The notes under the pieces are model-generated. The model saw only the letters and a list, made by a program, of their open reading frames with translations, made no database searches and was not told the origin of the DNA. The position numbers and the translations under genes were made by a program. Below are positions 1 to 12,044 of a DNA stretch of 28,530 bases, piece by piece. The stretch is taken from NCBI RefSeq assembly GCF_006345805.1, contig NW_021833523.1, forward strand, positions 1 to 28,530. The letters are read 5' to 3'. The first letter of the stretch is position 1; each line of letters opens with the position of its first letter. The DNA comes from Octopus sinensis (taxonomy: Eukaryota).

Positions 1-364
1 AAATAGGTGGCGACTGGATAAGTTTGAGTCTCCGTATTATTCTGCTGCAGAAATAATTAATATTTTATCAAATAATCGCGTCGAGGGGGGGTACTTTAAA
101 TACACTCAACCTCTCAAATTGACCAACAAAATTGAAGCAACCAAAATGGCCAATTAGAGAATAAAGTCGATTTTTAAAAAAAACTACTTTATGTGTCTTC
201 AGTTAGCATATTTTTTAAATTAAAGAAAATTAAAAACATTTTTCATCAACAAATTTTGGATCAAAAGTTTTTTGAATGATTGCATTTTATAACAGTCACC
301 GCCGGCTTCGAACAAATCGAACTATTCCTTTAACTCAGTCAATTGTTTTGACTTCACTGTTTCA

Positions 365-1150
365 TCCTTCTATACTTTCTCCTTTTCTTCATTTCCACTG
401 TTTGCAACGGTCTAGGCACGTGATGCCCACCTCCACGATAACAATCTCCTCGGTGACCTTACGTGGACCAAAATATCGGGTTGTTGTGCTGGACAACAAT
501 CGAGGTGGATATGGGGGTATCCACCTTATTTCTCCCCTCGAGTTCACACAGATTGAACTCGATGAGTTCGCAACTTTCTGGACCGCCTTAAGCCATACTT
601 ATGCAGAACAGAGATGGAGAAACCTCACAAACTTGTTATGTCTTCATTTGTAATCATGTGGTAAGCATACTTTCGCACTTCGTGGCTAAATGGTCAACGG
701 TCATCGCCTTATTTTTACACGACTTTGACTGGGTCACCACACATAGAAGTGTTAGTCCCGACTTGTTGTAGATGAGCTCCAGACCCACGGCCTTCATAAA
801 ACCTTCCAAGGCTTTGCCCATAGAGTGGAGGATCTCTGAAGACCGAGCGAACAGTTTAATGTCGTCTATCAACATGAGATTGTTGTTGATGCTAAAAAAA
901 CATCGATGTCGATCGATATTTGTTCGATTGGGAGCAGTGAGGACTCTACTCAGCGGTTCTAGGCAGGACAAACAGCAGCAGAGGCATACTGTCGCTCTGT
1001 GTATATGCCCCTCTCTAGCTTAACCTCGCCTATATCGCAATTGTTGTAGTGTAGATGCACGTTCCACCTGTCCATCACAGTTGCAAACAAATTTGATAAA
1101 TCAAGAAGGCAACTTGAGCCTTCGCAGACACTCAGCGCGGGTAGGCATGG
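365..1150 (-). mobile_element. Decayed, internally deleted RLE-type (R2/R4/NeSL-like) non-LTR retrotransposon: RT fragment joined to the CCHC/endonuclease region
   Basis: Minus-strand pieces CLEPLSRVL, NLMLIDDIKLFARS..KAVGLEL..KS (RT), then TVDHLATKC..RHN..VRFLHL, PDILVH and IVIVEVGITCLDR..KKRRKY (PD-(D/E)xK nuclease); many stops and frameshifts. Confidence 0.8.
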
Positions 1151-1592
1151 TCAACCGAGTCATATGATAATAAATATGTCCAACTATTCATTTAATCTTT
1201 AAACGAATTCAAGTTTTTTATCAGAGATTTTAATCAATGTTTTCCAGACAATGTTATCAACTGGAATTAATCCATTCTTAAATCTTGAAATCTGAGAGAA
1301 CAAATTCCAAAAAATTAGATAAGTTTAAATACTGTTGAATTGATTGATCTGATGGATACTAATCGGAACTTTATTAAAACAGGTGAGACTTTGAAATAAT
1401 CATCTAAAATTTACTTGTTGTGTACTTTTTTAACAATCTTTCGCTAAGATGAGACATTTTTGGTCAAATTTTAAATAATTTTAGATTTTGTAGTTTTAGT
1501 TAGGACGACATATTCAAAAGAAATTAACTAACATGTAATGAAGATAATTTAGGAAAGTGTTTTAAAATAATGAAGATTAGGAGCAATACATG

Positions 1593-2333
1593 TTAAAAGA
1601 GTGGTGATAACCCCACTAAACTTATCCCATTGACAGATATTGTGTAAGCTAAAATATTATTTATGAAAAATTACCATGGAAGATGCTCCTGTTAATCGGC
1701 TTCTTTAATCGCATCGTAAGCTATTCCAACGGCCTCACTTTGCGTGGTGTATATTCCAGATAACTGGCAATAATTATAAAAAATACTGTGTGGTTATCCA
1801 ATTAAATGCAATGTCTCCTCCAGGCCCGATTGTCAAAAAATAATTTGTATTTTCTACTATGATAAGGATCTTTTTCAAACGTATAAATTCCTCCTTGTAC
1901 ACAATACAAAAATTATGATCAAAAATATTACAAATATTTAAATATGCCGATAATTGGTCTGGAAGTATGAATGCCGGCAGGAATCCTTCGATGAAGGTAT
2001 CAAAATCACTGGGTTCACATTATAAGACAGTCTAAAAACAAAAAATAAATTGAAAAATACGTATAAAAACGACGAATCTGCGCTGTCATTGCACGAAATA
2101 CGGCCATATTTCCAGAAAAACCAATAATTGCATTATTAGTATATGGGAGATTTTGATCAAATTGTCATCATCTGATTTGTCAATACAACCAATTCATTAC
2201 AATGTTCGTCGGAGTATTTGGAAGATAGGTAACTCTGGTATCTGAACCGAGAACAACCCCTCCCACATATGGCTACGACTGTTGTGAAACTTGTTGGATT
2301 CTAAAACAGAATTATAAAATTTCAAGCCACCAT
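1593..2333 (-). CDS. Divergent proteasome beta-type subunit (Ntn-hydrolase fold), multi-exon, frameshifted in this sequence
   Basis: Manual splicing: ATG 2333, intron 2301-2330, NPTSFTTVVAICG/GVVLGSDTRVT, NLIKISH, NAIIGFSGNMA, YFLTIGPGGDIAF, TQSEAVGIAYDAIKEA, AYTISVNGI..TAA 1593; motif order matches beta subunits. Confidence 0.7.
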
Positions 2334-3255
2334 TCGAAATATTGTTGTTAACTTAGCACGCTAAAATATTCATAAATATTACTTTAATCACGGTTTAGTG
2401 TAATGACTACAACTTCAAAGACGCCACAGTCTGAAATTTCAGTTTTGAGAAACAAAATCAAAGAAAAATTGAATATAATTCTCCTTCAAAAAACAAGGGA
2501 TTTTCTTCTTGCCTCGAATATATTTTATCAAATGGATTGTAATATAAACGATACAGATTATTTTTATTAATTACATTGCTAGGTTATACTGATGAATAAT
2601 TAATTAAAAGTTATAAAAACTTGCTGTCTCCGCGATCCAAATTCACTTTTTCAAGTCCGGAAATTTAACATATGTTTCCAGTTGGCCACAAAGAGTATTT
2701 AAAGGCAAATAACCTCCTCAACAAGAAAGTCACATTCGGTGATGAACACCCCAGAAGATGCTGTTTTGTTGTCGACTTGTCCGAAAAGCTTCGGCGAGTA
2801 CTTTTATGCTTGAAAGGAGTCACTATGGGCATATTCGTTGCATAGGATTTGTGTATGGAAGTGACCATTTTAAATTATTTCCAAAATCCGAACTTGCAAA
2901 AGTCGCAAATTTTTATTAATTGTTTAAATTGAAGTATTATCACAAACAGTTGGGGCAAGAGAGTACCCACATTTGTCCCAGGGCCAACAGTGAGCTCCGT
3001 TTTTGTTAGTCACACTTTTATCATGTCATCTTCGTTAAAAAGGCAGGACCTTCATAGGCAGGTCTCGACGGACGGAGGCTCTCGATGTCGATATAATGAC
3101 TGATCATCACTCGGAAATATACCGCAGTTAAAACAAGTCAGTTCAAACAAAGAAAAATCTCAAATTAATTAAAGTTAATCTTAGTTCAAGGTTAATGGTG
3201 GCCATGGGTGTAACATATTACTCATTATTAGTATTAATTAAAATATATTAGATTG

Positions 3256-6200
3256 TTAATTGTCATGTTTCAACTATTTTGAACACAAATATTTGACTTA
3301 CTTTATTTCTATCGTCATCAACCATCATCTCCACGTCGATTGCCTTCAAATATGCAGAATAACTCCACTCCAGTTTATTTCCTTGAAATACTGCAGTCTT
3401 TGACTTGGGTGCCTTTTGTTTGATTGGTTCGGGCTTAGTAATAACACTTAATTCAAACATTGATTCATCTTTTGGTTTTTTATGAGACGTGTTTTTCCTA
3501 AACTCGACGAATTCAGTCCAACATGCCAACAACCAACGAAATGCAGAAAACTATAAACTTGGACTGTCATAAACAAACATGGGCTTCCCGAAACAAGTAC
3601 GGATTCAAATCATTCGAAGAATCCAAAATCTTATCAATGTTGACTTGTTGGCCACAATTTGGATGGGAGGCGGAATTTGTGAGTTTAGAAAGCAATTTAT
3701 GATCGAACTGACTTTATGCCGTTTGAGCGAATCCTCACATTTTGATAAAAATAATTGCTAAAATAAAAAAACCACACAAACTTTATATTTTTGTATTTCT
3801 TCCCAAAAAAGCAAATTCGTCTCACAATTCGGTCCTTTGCTTTGAAGAAAGGATCGGAATTTTTTGTGAGTCTCAGAATCCTTCATCGCCGATCGAAAGT
3901 CGAGAATCTCCATCGCGCTTGGCTCACGTTTATTTTTGAACTCCTTTGAACGGTAAAACGGTCCTCGACCTCGGATTTGTTTTTTTCGTTGACCTGTGGT
4001 GGAACCAACCCATCAATTTCTTCTTTTTTCATTTTCTCTTCTGCCTTCTCCACAATAACTGGGGAAGGAGTGTCTCCAGTTTTGCTGAGAAGAAAGGCGG
4101 GAATCCATTTTGAGTTCAGACGGTTGGCTACGTGGGTCTGCATTATATTCACAATCTTTGGTGGAGGAATATCATTCAGGAGTTTCCCCCACCCACCACA
4201 AAGAGCCATTGCCTATAAATATATATTTTTGGAATACTTTATTCTGCTCTCGCTCACTGGCGGGAGAATTCTCACCAAAAAAGTATCGATTATTCAAATA
4301 CCGCCCTTTGATCTCGATTAATTTGACATCACAGGCTAACTGTAGAGAAATACAGAGAAACGAGGACCTTTTCAGTGTGGGGAATCCTTTTGAAGATCTC
4401 CACGTCCTGCCAGCACTCAAAGTCCACCAAGGCGCCATTTTCCTTTAAAAATTCTTTAAAGTTTTCGATTTCCACCCTTCAATGAGCCAGAGAGGGTACC
4501 CTTGTGAGAAGAGTGTGGAGATTGTGACCTTTGGAGTCCTTTGGGGAGACTTTAGAGCCTCCTCGTCAAAAATAGGCTCCACATAGTCTTCCATGGGTTC
4601 AAAAGGAAAGAGCGGATCCTTCAAATAAAAAGATTAAAACTTTTTTGCACATCCGCGGGCTACAAATAATTGACAGCTTTAGATTTGGTCTCCAAGCTGA
4701 GAGTCACGTTTTTTGTCGGGACCTACAAAAGTAATTTTAATGTTCTAAAAAACAACAAAAACATCAAAAAATAACTTTTTTGAGACTTTCGGCGTCTTTT
4801 TCCGTGAAGGAATTGAAGGGTTTGATCAATCTGTGGACTAAAATGTCCTCGATTTGCTTGAAGAGATCCTTCGAAGGACACTCCAATCTCAAAAAAATAT
4901 CTTGAACTAATTTTTGATCCAATTCCAAACAATTTTGAGCCTCCGAATGCACATAAGTCGAATATATATACTAAATAAACCACATGATTAATACATGAGC
5001 ATATTTGTATGTCAATGAAACATCAAATGGACTTTGATCAAACAAAGATTTGTAATCCTGGATCAGATTCCAAGTTTTATAACAGTTTTTTAAGTATATA
5101 TTTCCTGTATTGAGAATGTGGTCGTATATGACATAGCCTGATGTCCTTTCTGTGGTTAGACAGTGGCAAAGAAGGGCATGACTGTCCTCTGTGTTTGGTC
5201 TTGTCTTTGTGGATGGGGATATAATATAAATACTTGGAGTTGTTTTGATTCTTGGCTGAAATATACTTGGAAAGGTTTGATAAGTTCATTTTCTATTTCG
5301 ATAATATTTTTATGAACATTTTCGATATAATTTTCTATTTTATTGAGTTTATTTCTGAAAAATTAATTGTAATAAAAATTTTAAAAATAACCTTTGTTGT
5401 GTGTTTGTATAAAACTCGGAATTCTAAAAACAATATAAATAATAATAAACCCCTCAATGAGATATTCATTTTGAAGGAAGGCAGGCATCCTAGGAGTACT
5501 CTCACATTAAAATCACCAATAAATCAAAAGAGGCTCAATAACTTTATTCTGTAGTCTTAGAGTGGTCTCTTTGCTCCAATCGACAGGATTTGCAACCTCT
5601 TCGTAGTGAAGCGGATTTAGAGATTTGCAGGATGTAGGTCGAGTAAATAGATCTCTGATTGACTTTGGAAACCTGCAGTATTAGAGTATTAGCCGACTGT
5701 ATTTGTTCTTGGATAAGTTTATTTTGTCTATTTCTAACCAAAATTCCATCAATTTATCAACATTGTAAAATTCTAGAAACTTCTCGAACATTCTAAGCGT
5801 TTCGAATGAGGAAATTGTGTTTATTGGTCTGTTTAAGATTTATAACAAAAACTTGTCTTTTTTATGTTTTGTCTTTTTTATAGAAAATGTCGTCAATGTC
5901 TTCAAATGGGTCTTCATATTTGTTTTTTTTAACCACTTTTGTTTGCAGAGGAGACCTGGAAAGTGATCTCTTCTTTCAGATTCTTGTTCTATTTCATTTT
6001 TTTCAATTTTTCTTCTTTAAAATAATTTTCCGAATCATTTTCAACAACTTTTGAAATCTCTTCAAAAGATGACATATTTCCCGCCATTTTATCATCAGTG
6101 AGAGGATCAAAACTAATAAAATCAATATTATATAGTTCTGTTGAGTCTTGATTTATTAAACTGTTATTTCTGGACAGTTCTCTGTTCTACAGCCAAATAA

Positions 6201-6812
6201 AAATTGGGGACCACCGAGGCGAGTGTTTCTCTTCTAGAAGTATTTAAATCTTCAGTCAAAGAAGTTGAGAGATCAAAAGTGACTTGACTAAGATCAGTAT
6301 TTTTGTCAATCTATGATTACATAATATAAAATACTTGAGAAAGTAATTTCCCGATTCTATACTTCATGTAGTATTCACTTTGTAGAAAATAAGGCAGTCG
6401 ATTGGCCTTTACCCAGGCGAGTCCTTGGGACCCCACGAGGATCTAATTTGGAATGAGTGAGATGTACTTCTAAGTTATATTTGACATTGATTTCTTCATG
6501 TGGGGTCACTCGGGAGAGAACTTGTGAGCGAATTTTGTTGATTAGTTCATCTTTTTGTTGACTGTGGACTTGAAATGTGAAATTATTTGAGTTGAATTTG
6601 AGAGTTTTTGAAAAGATCTTAAAATGGGGTGAAAATTCTCACTTCGGAAGATAAAAAACGATTAAAACAGTCGAGAAATAATTCGTCTGTCGATAAAAGT
6701 TTTTCCTTAAAATAAAAAAGATTTTTTAATACAAAATTAAATTCGTTACATTCTGGTGGGTCTAAATTATTTATTTCATAATAAAATGACTTATTTTCAA
6801 AAGAACTGACAT
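3256..6812 (-). CDS. RGS22: Regulator of G-protein signalling 22-like, many micro-introns
   Basis: Spliced N-terminus MSVLLKINPPECNEFNF-EKLLSTDELFLDCFNRFLSSE..LAWVKANRLPYFLQSEYYMKYRIGKLLSQ (introns 6762-6790, 6706-6732, 6618-6642, 6443-6467, 6311-6334); RGS22 hallmarks YLNNRYFFGENSPAS, GGWGKLL..QTHVANRLNSKWIPAFL, NLLFWEEIQKYK, INCFLNSQIPPPIQI, PYLFREA, WSYSAYLKA. Central exons not fully resolved; 3' end 3256 assumes a final intron (else 3263). Confidence 0.85.
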
Positions 6813-6840
6813 GGTTCTTAGCAATAATTATTTAAAAACT

Positions 6841-7557
6841 TTATTTTATAAAATATAAATAATCATTGAGAGAAATACGATTAAAAGTACAATCAAACTG
6901 CTCACCAAATGCCCAAATAAAATCCTCAAAAACATCATTCACAGACACTCTCCGCCCACATTCCAGACTGAGAGAAGTAGATTTAATTCCTTCGAGTCCA
7001 CACGGAACAATTTGATCGAAGTATGCCATATCTGTGTCACAGTTCACTCCAATTCCATGCATTGTCACAAATCTACTACATTTAACACCTGTCAAGTGTG
7101 TAATAAAACAAAGACCTATTGAGGCCAATTTTCGGCCCTCTACCCAACAGCCGATATTCTCAGTAGTGTAGGCTGAGAGACAAATTTGGCACACACACGA
7201 AATGGAGGTCAATTCCAGCCTCCTGATATACCATTTTAAACTCTTTTTCCCCAAATGTAGAATTGGGTAGGCTGTGAGTTGGCCTGGCCCGTGGAAGGTT
7301 ATCAGCCCGCCTCTATCGACCTTATAAAAGGCGGCAATTTTTTGTAAATTGGGGGGCTCGTTGATGTACTGAGAGGAGCGTAGACCGACAGTGTAGGTAG
7401 GCTCGTGTTCTACTAGTAAGAGACAGTCTAGTCCCAGACAGTCCCCCTTTTTAGTTAATTGGTTGATTAAAGCAGAGTGGATTCTTTGTTGTAACCTCCA
7501 AACTGTTAGATAATTGGAGTAACCGAGATTTATAACATTTATTACACGAGAACTCAT
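6841..7557 (-). CDS. LIPT2: Octanoyl/lipoyltransferase 2 (LipB family)
   Basis: LLLVEHEPTYTVGLR, DRGGLITFHGPGQLTAYPILHL, MHGIGVNC, FDQIVPCG; removing the in-frame 27-nt intron 7089-7115 restores KLASIGVKCSRFVTMHG. Confidence 0.93.
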   Translation of the reverse strand: MSSRVINVINLGYSNYLTVWRLQQRIHSALINQLTKKGDCLGLDCLLLVEHEPTYTVGLRSSQYINEPPNLQKIAAFYKVDRGGLITFHGPGQLTAYPILHLGKKSLKWYIRRLELTSISCVCQICLSAYTTENIGCWVEGRKLASIGLCFITHLTGVKCSRFVTMHGIGVNCDTDMAYFDQIVPCGLEGIKSTSLSLECGRRVSVNDVFEDFIWAFGEQFDCTFNRISLNDYLYFIK

Positions 7558-7639
7558 AGAAAAACATTTTATTTTAAATTCTCAAAAATATATTAAAAAT
7601 AAAAACTGAACATGCATTCTCTCACGAATTTACTATGAA

Positions 7640-8226
7640 ATAATAATAAAGGCCCAAACATTCTTTATAGGGATAAAATCTGGGCTTTGTGCAGGCCATT
7701 TTAGCAAATTAATATTATTTGCTTGAAAAAAACGCTTTGCTATTGCCTAAGTATGTTTCAAATCATTGTCTTGTTGGTAACTAAAATCTTTCATCACTTA
7801 AAATAATTCGCTCCCAAAATATTTTGAAAGAATATTCCATTTTGGCATAGCGTCAATCATTTAAATTTACGGTTTTTGGTAAGAAGTGGTCTTTTCGTGG
7901 GCGGATAAGCATTCAAACAAATTTTTTCGTGGTATTTCTTATTGTCTGAGAAGTTACTGATTTCCCTGCTTTTCTAGCAGATTTAAAACAGTTGGAATTG
8001 ACATCCACTTTTCAAGCCTCATTAATTTAAAATATTTCTTGACGATTAAGCATTGATGGTCGACCAGACCCGACTTTTTTGTTTGTTGAGCACTTATTTA
8101 AATAGCTTCTGATAATTTGCGATACGAGCAATTTTTTGGTGATATCTTGTATTTTTCTGTATGTTTTTCCAGATTTATACATGCCAATTATTCTGCCTTT
8201 TTTTCAGATGCTGAATGACTAGCCAT
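7640..8226 (-). mobile_element. Tc1-family transposase remnant, internally deleted
   Basis: Minus-strand fragments RIIGMYKSGKTYRKI, SGRPSML, SQTIRN, KRPLLT, WERII*SDE, YQQDNDLKH, WPAQSPDFIPIKNVW; stops and frameshifts; no TIRs found. Confidence 0.85.
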
Positions 8227-8434
8227 GTAGAGAGATTACAAATGATTGAATTTGAACGAATTATAAAAAAAATAAAACTTTTTCTTTCGTGCATTTAAAT
8301 AAATTAAATCTGTTCAGTTTTTTTTGTTTTTAAATTGTGATTTCATAAAAAAGCGCATAAATATATGTTTCTTAAAAAAACTAAAAAATTTAAAATACTT
8401 TAATCTATGTTAAGAAAAATAAAACAAAAAAAAT

Positions 8435-9223
8435 TTAAACATCTAAACTTTTACACTCAAAAATCTCCTCTGGACGATATTCATACCCACGATAAAAGGG
8501 GTAAATAAAATAAACAAACAAATTACATTTCCCGCCAAAATACATCATTTTCCCGCCATTTCTTTTCCCCAGCACATTAAAACCAGTAAAAAATTGCACA
8601 CATTCCAAAACAAAAGCCCAGACTGACAGCCAAAGAAAAGTCAGACACAAATTCCCAACAATGCAATCAACCAATGACTTTTCAAAACCACTCAACCATG
8701 AAATTGCCGGAAACATCAAAGACAATGCCGCTTTGATCCCATGGTTTCCAAATCCACGAGAAAATCGATAAAAAAATGAAGTGGCAGACATGAAAGTGAA
8801 AAGTATAAAGGAAAATAGAAAGAACATGAAGAACTGAGGTTTGTTTCCCAGTCCATTGCACTTCCCAATGACAAAACTGTGATATCCTTGAGAAATGATA
8901 CATTTTTTGCACAAAAAACAATGTGTGGAGTCCACAGGGACTTGTTTGCTGCAAACATAGCAATATTTAGTTTTGACCCATGTAGGAACATTAAGATTAG
9001 AGTTGTTAAATAGAGATATAGAAGACCGTTGAGAAGACATTCCACAAAGAGAAATATCAGGACTAGTGAGAGGACAGTCCCATTCCGATGGCAGGAAGGA
9101 CAGTATAAAATTGATGAAATATGCATATGAGTGTACAAAAAATAAATAAAATTCCTATTTTTTTAATTAGACATGATTAAGACCAATATTAGGGGAGTCA
9201 TGGGAGAAGCAGAGAAATGACAT
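8435..9223 (-). CDS. DHHC palmitoyltransferase-family protein (ZDHHC22/24-like architecture) with degenerate catalytic motif GYHS
   Basis: Exact cysteine-rich domain spacing Cx2Cx9HCx2Cx2Cx4[GYHS]x5Cx4Nx3F followed by TM helices; ATG 9223, intron 9155-9183, two upstream TM segments reachable only through two frameshifts. Confidence 0.8.
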
Positions 9224-9429
9224 ACAAGAACTTATAAATTAAATATTTATTATTTTATTAGATTTGATATAATATGAATATATTTAAAAAAAACGAATCA
9301 TATTAAATTGCATGTTCTATACATAAAATTTATAAACTAAAATTATTTTAACATGACCACTACAAAATATAAAAGACGATTTTCAAATGTTTGGAATTTT
9401 AAATAAAAAATTTTGTGCTTAATGAGTAA

Positions 9430-9660
9430 AGAATATCAACACCAATGGCCTCCAGATGACTTTTAACGAATTTTAAAACAATTTTATCCCAAGTCAGCCC
9501 AACGGGAATTATTTTCACCTTTGGAGGTGAATTGTCTCAAATTCATTTTCTAATGATCATATTTGTAAGCTTATCCACTTAAACCCTCTGTAGACATTTT
9601 TGTGAAGTGATTCCAACATCGATGAATGTAATTCCTTTGTCATCTTCATATAAACTTTTC
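9430..9660 (-). mobile_element. RLE-type retrotransposon endonuclease remnant
   Basis: KGITFIDVGITSQKCLQRV..KVKIIPVGLTWDKIV..HLEAIG; same motif series as 365-1150 and 13820-14070. Confidence 0.7.
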
Positions 9661-10089
9661 ACGTGCTTTCTTAAAACACGATATTTATGCTTAAAACACG
9701 ATATTTATTTTTACTATTTAATGGATTTAAAAGACAAAGAAAATATTCGGTAAAAGCACGACAAATTTAACATATCACAGAAATCGGATGGATGGCTTTG
9801 TTAACGTCTAGGAAATTACAATTATTTTCATAAGATATATCTATTTAAAAAAATCAACTAATTTAAGAATTTAAATTTCCTTTATCGTGATTTACAGTTT
9901 TCATTTTGGATCATTTTTTGTTTGTCCAAGTGATATTTTTATTTAAAGCCCGATTTCTGTTATATTTAATAAATTCGCGTTGAAATTTTTTGTATCCAGT
10001 GTTTTCCAATAGTTAAAATCTTATTCTTTGTAGGAAGAAATATTCCCATCAAAATTATAGCAGTTATAAAATATATTTCATTTGGATCG

Positions 10090-10219
10090 ATGAGTTTAAA
10101 GAAAATACACAAGATTCCTATTTTTTTAATTCAACATGATTGAGACTAATATTAGGAGAGTCATATGAGGAGCAAAAATGGCATACAAAAACTTATAAAT
10201 TAAATATTCATTATTAGAT
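10090..10219 (-). pseudogene. Diverged duplicate of the DHHC-like gene 5' end (upstream flank, exon 1, intron 1, start of exon 2)
   Basis: Direct repeat of ~9128-9263 (attcctatttttttaatt..acatgatt..gac.aatattagg.gagtcat..catacaa.aacttataaattaaatatt); the copy's ATG frame hits an early TGA. Confidence 0.7.
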
Positions 10220-11182
10220 CAAATGAGGAAGACACACAAAAGTGGAGATTTCCAACAATCGATTTCTGAACAGTAAATTCCCCTATAAGTGAAAATAAAA
10301 TAACAAACAAAAATGAAATATATTCCCATGTTTGTTCCTATGATTGACTACATTGAGACAAAACATAAAATATAGTTTGACGATAATCTCTCTCCATGGG
10401 GAAGAAAGTATGTCAAACTCTTAGAATAACAAGATTTTTAAATGGATTCGTTTTTGTTCATTCCTAACTTAACTTGTTCCACTTTTTGATTATCAAAAAA
10501 ATGGAAACTAAAAATATAATTAGAGAATAACCAGTGAAAAAAAGCTTCTAGTGTGATAGGCCATTTTGAGATATTCAAGTTAACGAGATGGACAATTCTT
10601 AGAGAGCACATCAAGTCTTCCAGAAATATTTATTGTTGATAATGTAATCTACAAATGACTAAATAAGCAAATGAAACCAATTTTAAAATCAAACACGATA
10701 TGAAATTGTTTATTTTTCCACATAGAATATCACAATCCTGCATTTCGAATCTGAGGAGTTTCGGAAATTGGTGTTTTTTAAGCGTTATTCGTATTCGATT
10801 AATAAAGATATCTGTTAGTCATTACTATTACTATCATACTCAATAGAAAAGTCTTATTTTACTATTTAAGCAAAATCTTTTCCTTAAGCAGTTTATTCTG
10901 TTTGAGAGAAAGCCATAGTCTAACTCACAGTCACGGCCTGCTAGCATGCGATTACGTACTACCACACCAAAATCTTTTCATTCATATATTCATTCAATAA
11001 ATAAAAATCTTACAAAATTGGGAAATATATTTAAATTAGTTAAATCATTATTTTTAATATAAATCTCACTTTAAAAATTGATCGCAAAACAATTCTAGCA
11101 TCTAATTTTGTTTTATTTTATTTATTATTAAATTAAAAAATGATTTTTTGTTTTCTAGTTGTTGTATGGCTGTATAATAAAC

Positions 11183-12044
11183 ATGACGGAGTACGTCAAA
11201 AACGTATTTTTTATTATTTTAAATAATTTGTAGAAAATATGGACTGTTAATAGATTAATTGAATTATTTGATTGTTCAGCTGATTGGGGTGAAAACATGT
11301 TTTTAGTTCATAACGGAAATATGGACAAAATATCTGAAGAATATTTTTAAAAAATAAACAAAAACTATCAAAAATCGACCTTTTATTCTACAGCTATTCT
11401 GGTTATTATTCAAAAAATAAAAATCAGAAAATAACTTTATAATTGGACCCACAGGAATAAAAAAATTATTGATCGATTTGAATTTCGATCACAAAAAAAT
11501 TGAAGTTCTTATTTTAGCCTGGAAAATGGGAGCCAAAAAACAGTGCCAATTTACTTATTACGAATTTTTATCAGCCTTCCATGATTTAGGGTGTTTTAAA
11601 CAAATATACGTAGTGTCCAAACATTGAGCGAATTGGCCACAGAATGTCTGAAATATGCTGAAATTGTCCAAAAAGACAAGAAAGAATTTTCTCGAATTTA
11701 TTTCTTTGTTTTTGAGTATTCAAAAAATGTTGATTTTCTTGAATTTGACTTGGCCATTGCTTATTGGCGCCTTTTGTTTGATGGAAATGCGTTTTTATCC
11801 ACTTGGATTGATTTTATTGCTGTTTTTTTATTTTTTAACATTTTTGGTAGGATGATGGGAAGAATATTACGAAGGATTGTTGGAATACTTTTTTGGTTTT
11901 TTATAGACAATTTCCTGATTTGGAAAGTCTTCGTTTTTATGATTTTGGTGGTTGGATTTTACGTTTTTATTTTAAGCTGCTTGGCCACTTAAATTTGACC
12001 GATTTGTCAGATACGCTCAAAATATTCTGGCTTTGGATATTTAA
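11183..12044 (+). CDS. DCN1: DCN1-like cullin neddylation factor (UBA-like plus PONY domain; DCUN1D1/2 type)
   Basis: IGPTGIKKLLIDL..VLILAWKMGAKKQCQFT, LAIAYWRLLF, ITKDCWNTF, AAWPLKFDRFV with the D-A-D patch kept; introns 11204-11233, 11402-11427, 11591-11613, 11822-11850, 11951-11976; one T-run frameshift near 11345. Confidence 0.9.

Noticed and set aside
276-1023. Plus-strand ORFs 276-653 and 772-1023
   Set aside because: Antisense to the retrotransposon remnant
2665-2868. 67-aa minus-strand ORF as a small ribosomal-type protein
   Set aside because: No recognisable motif; a spliced plus-strand gene is equally plausible and unresolved
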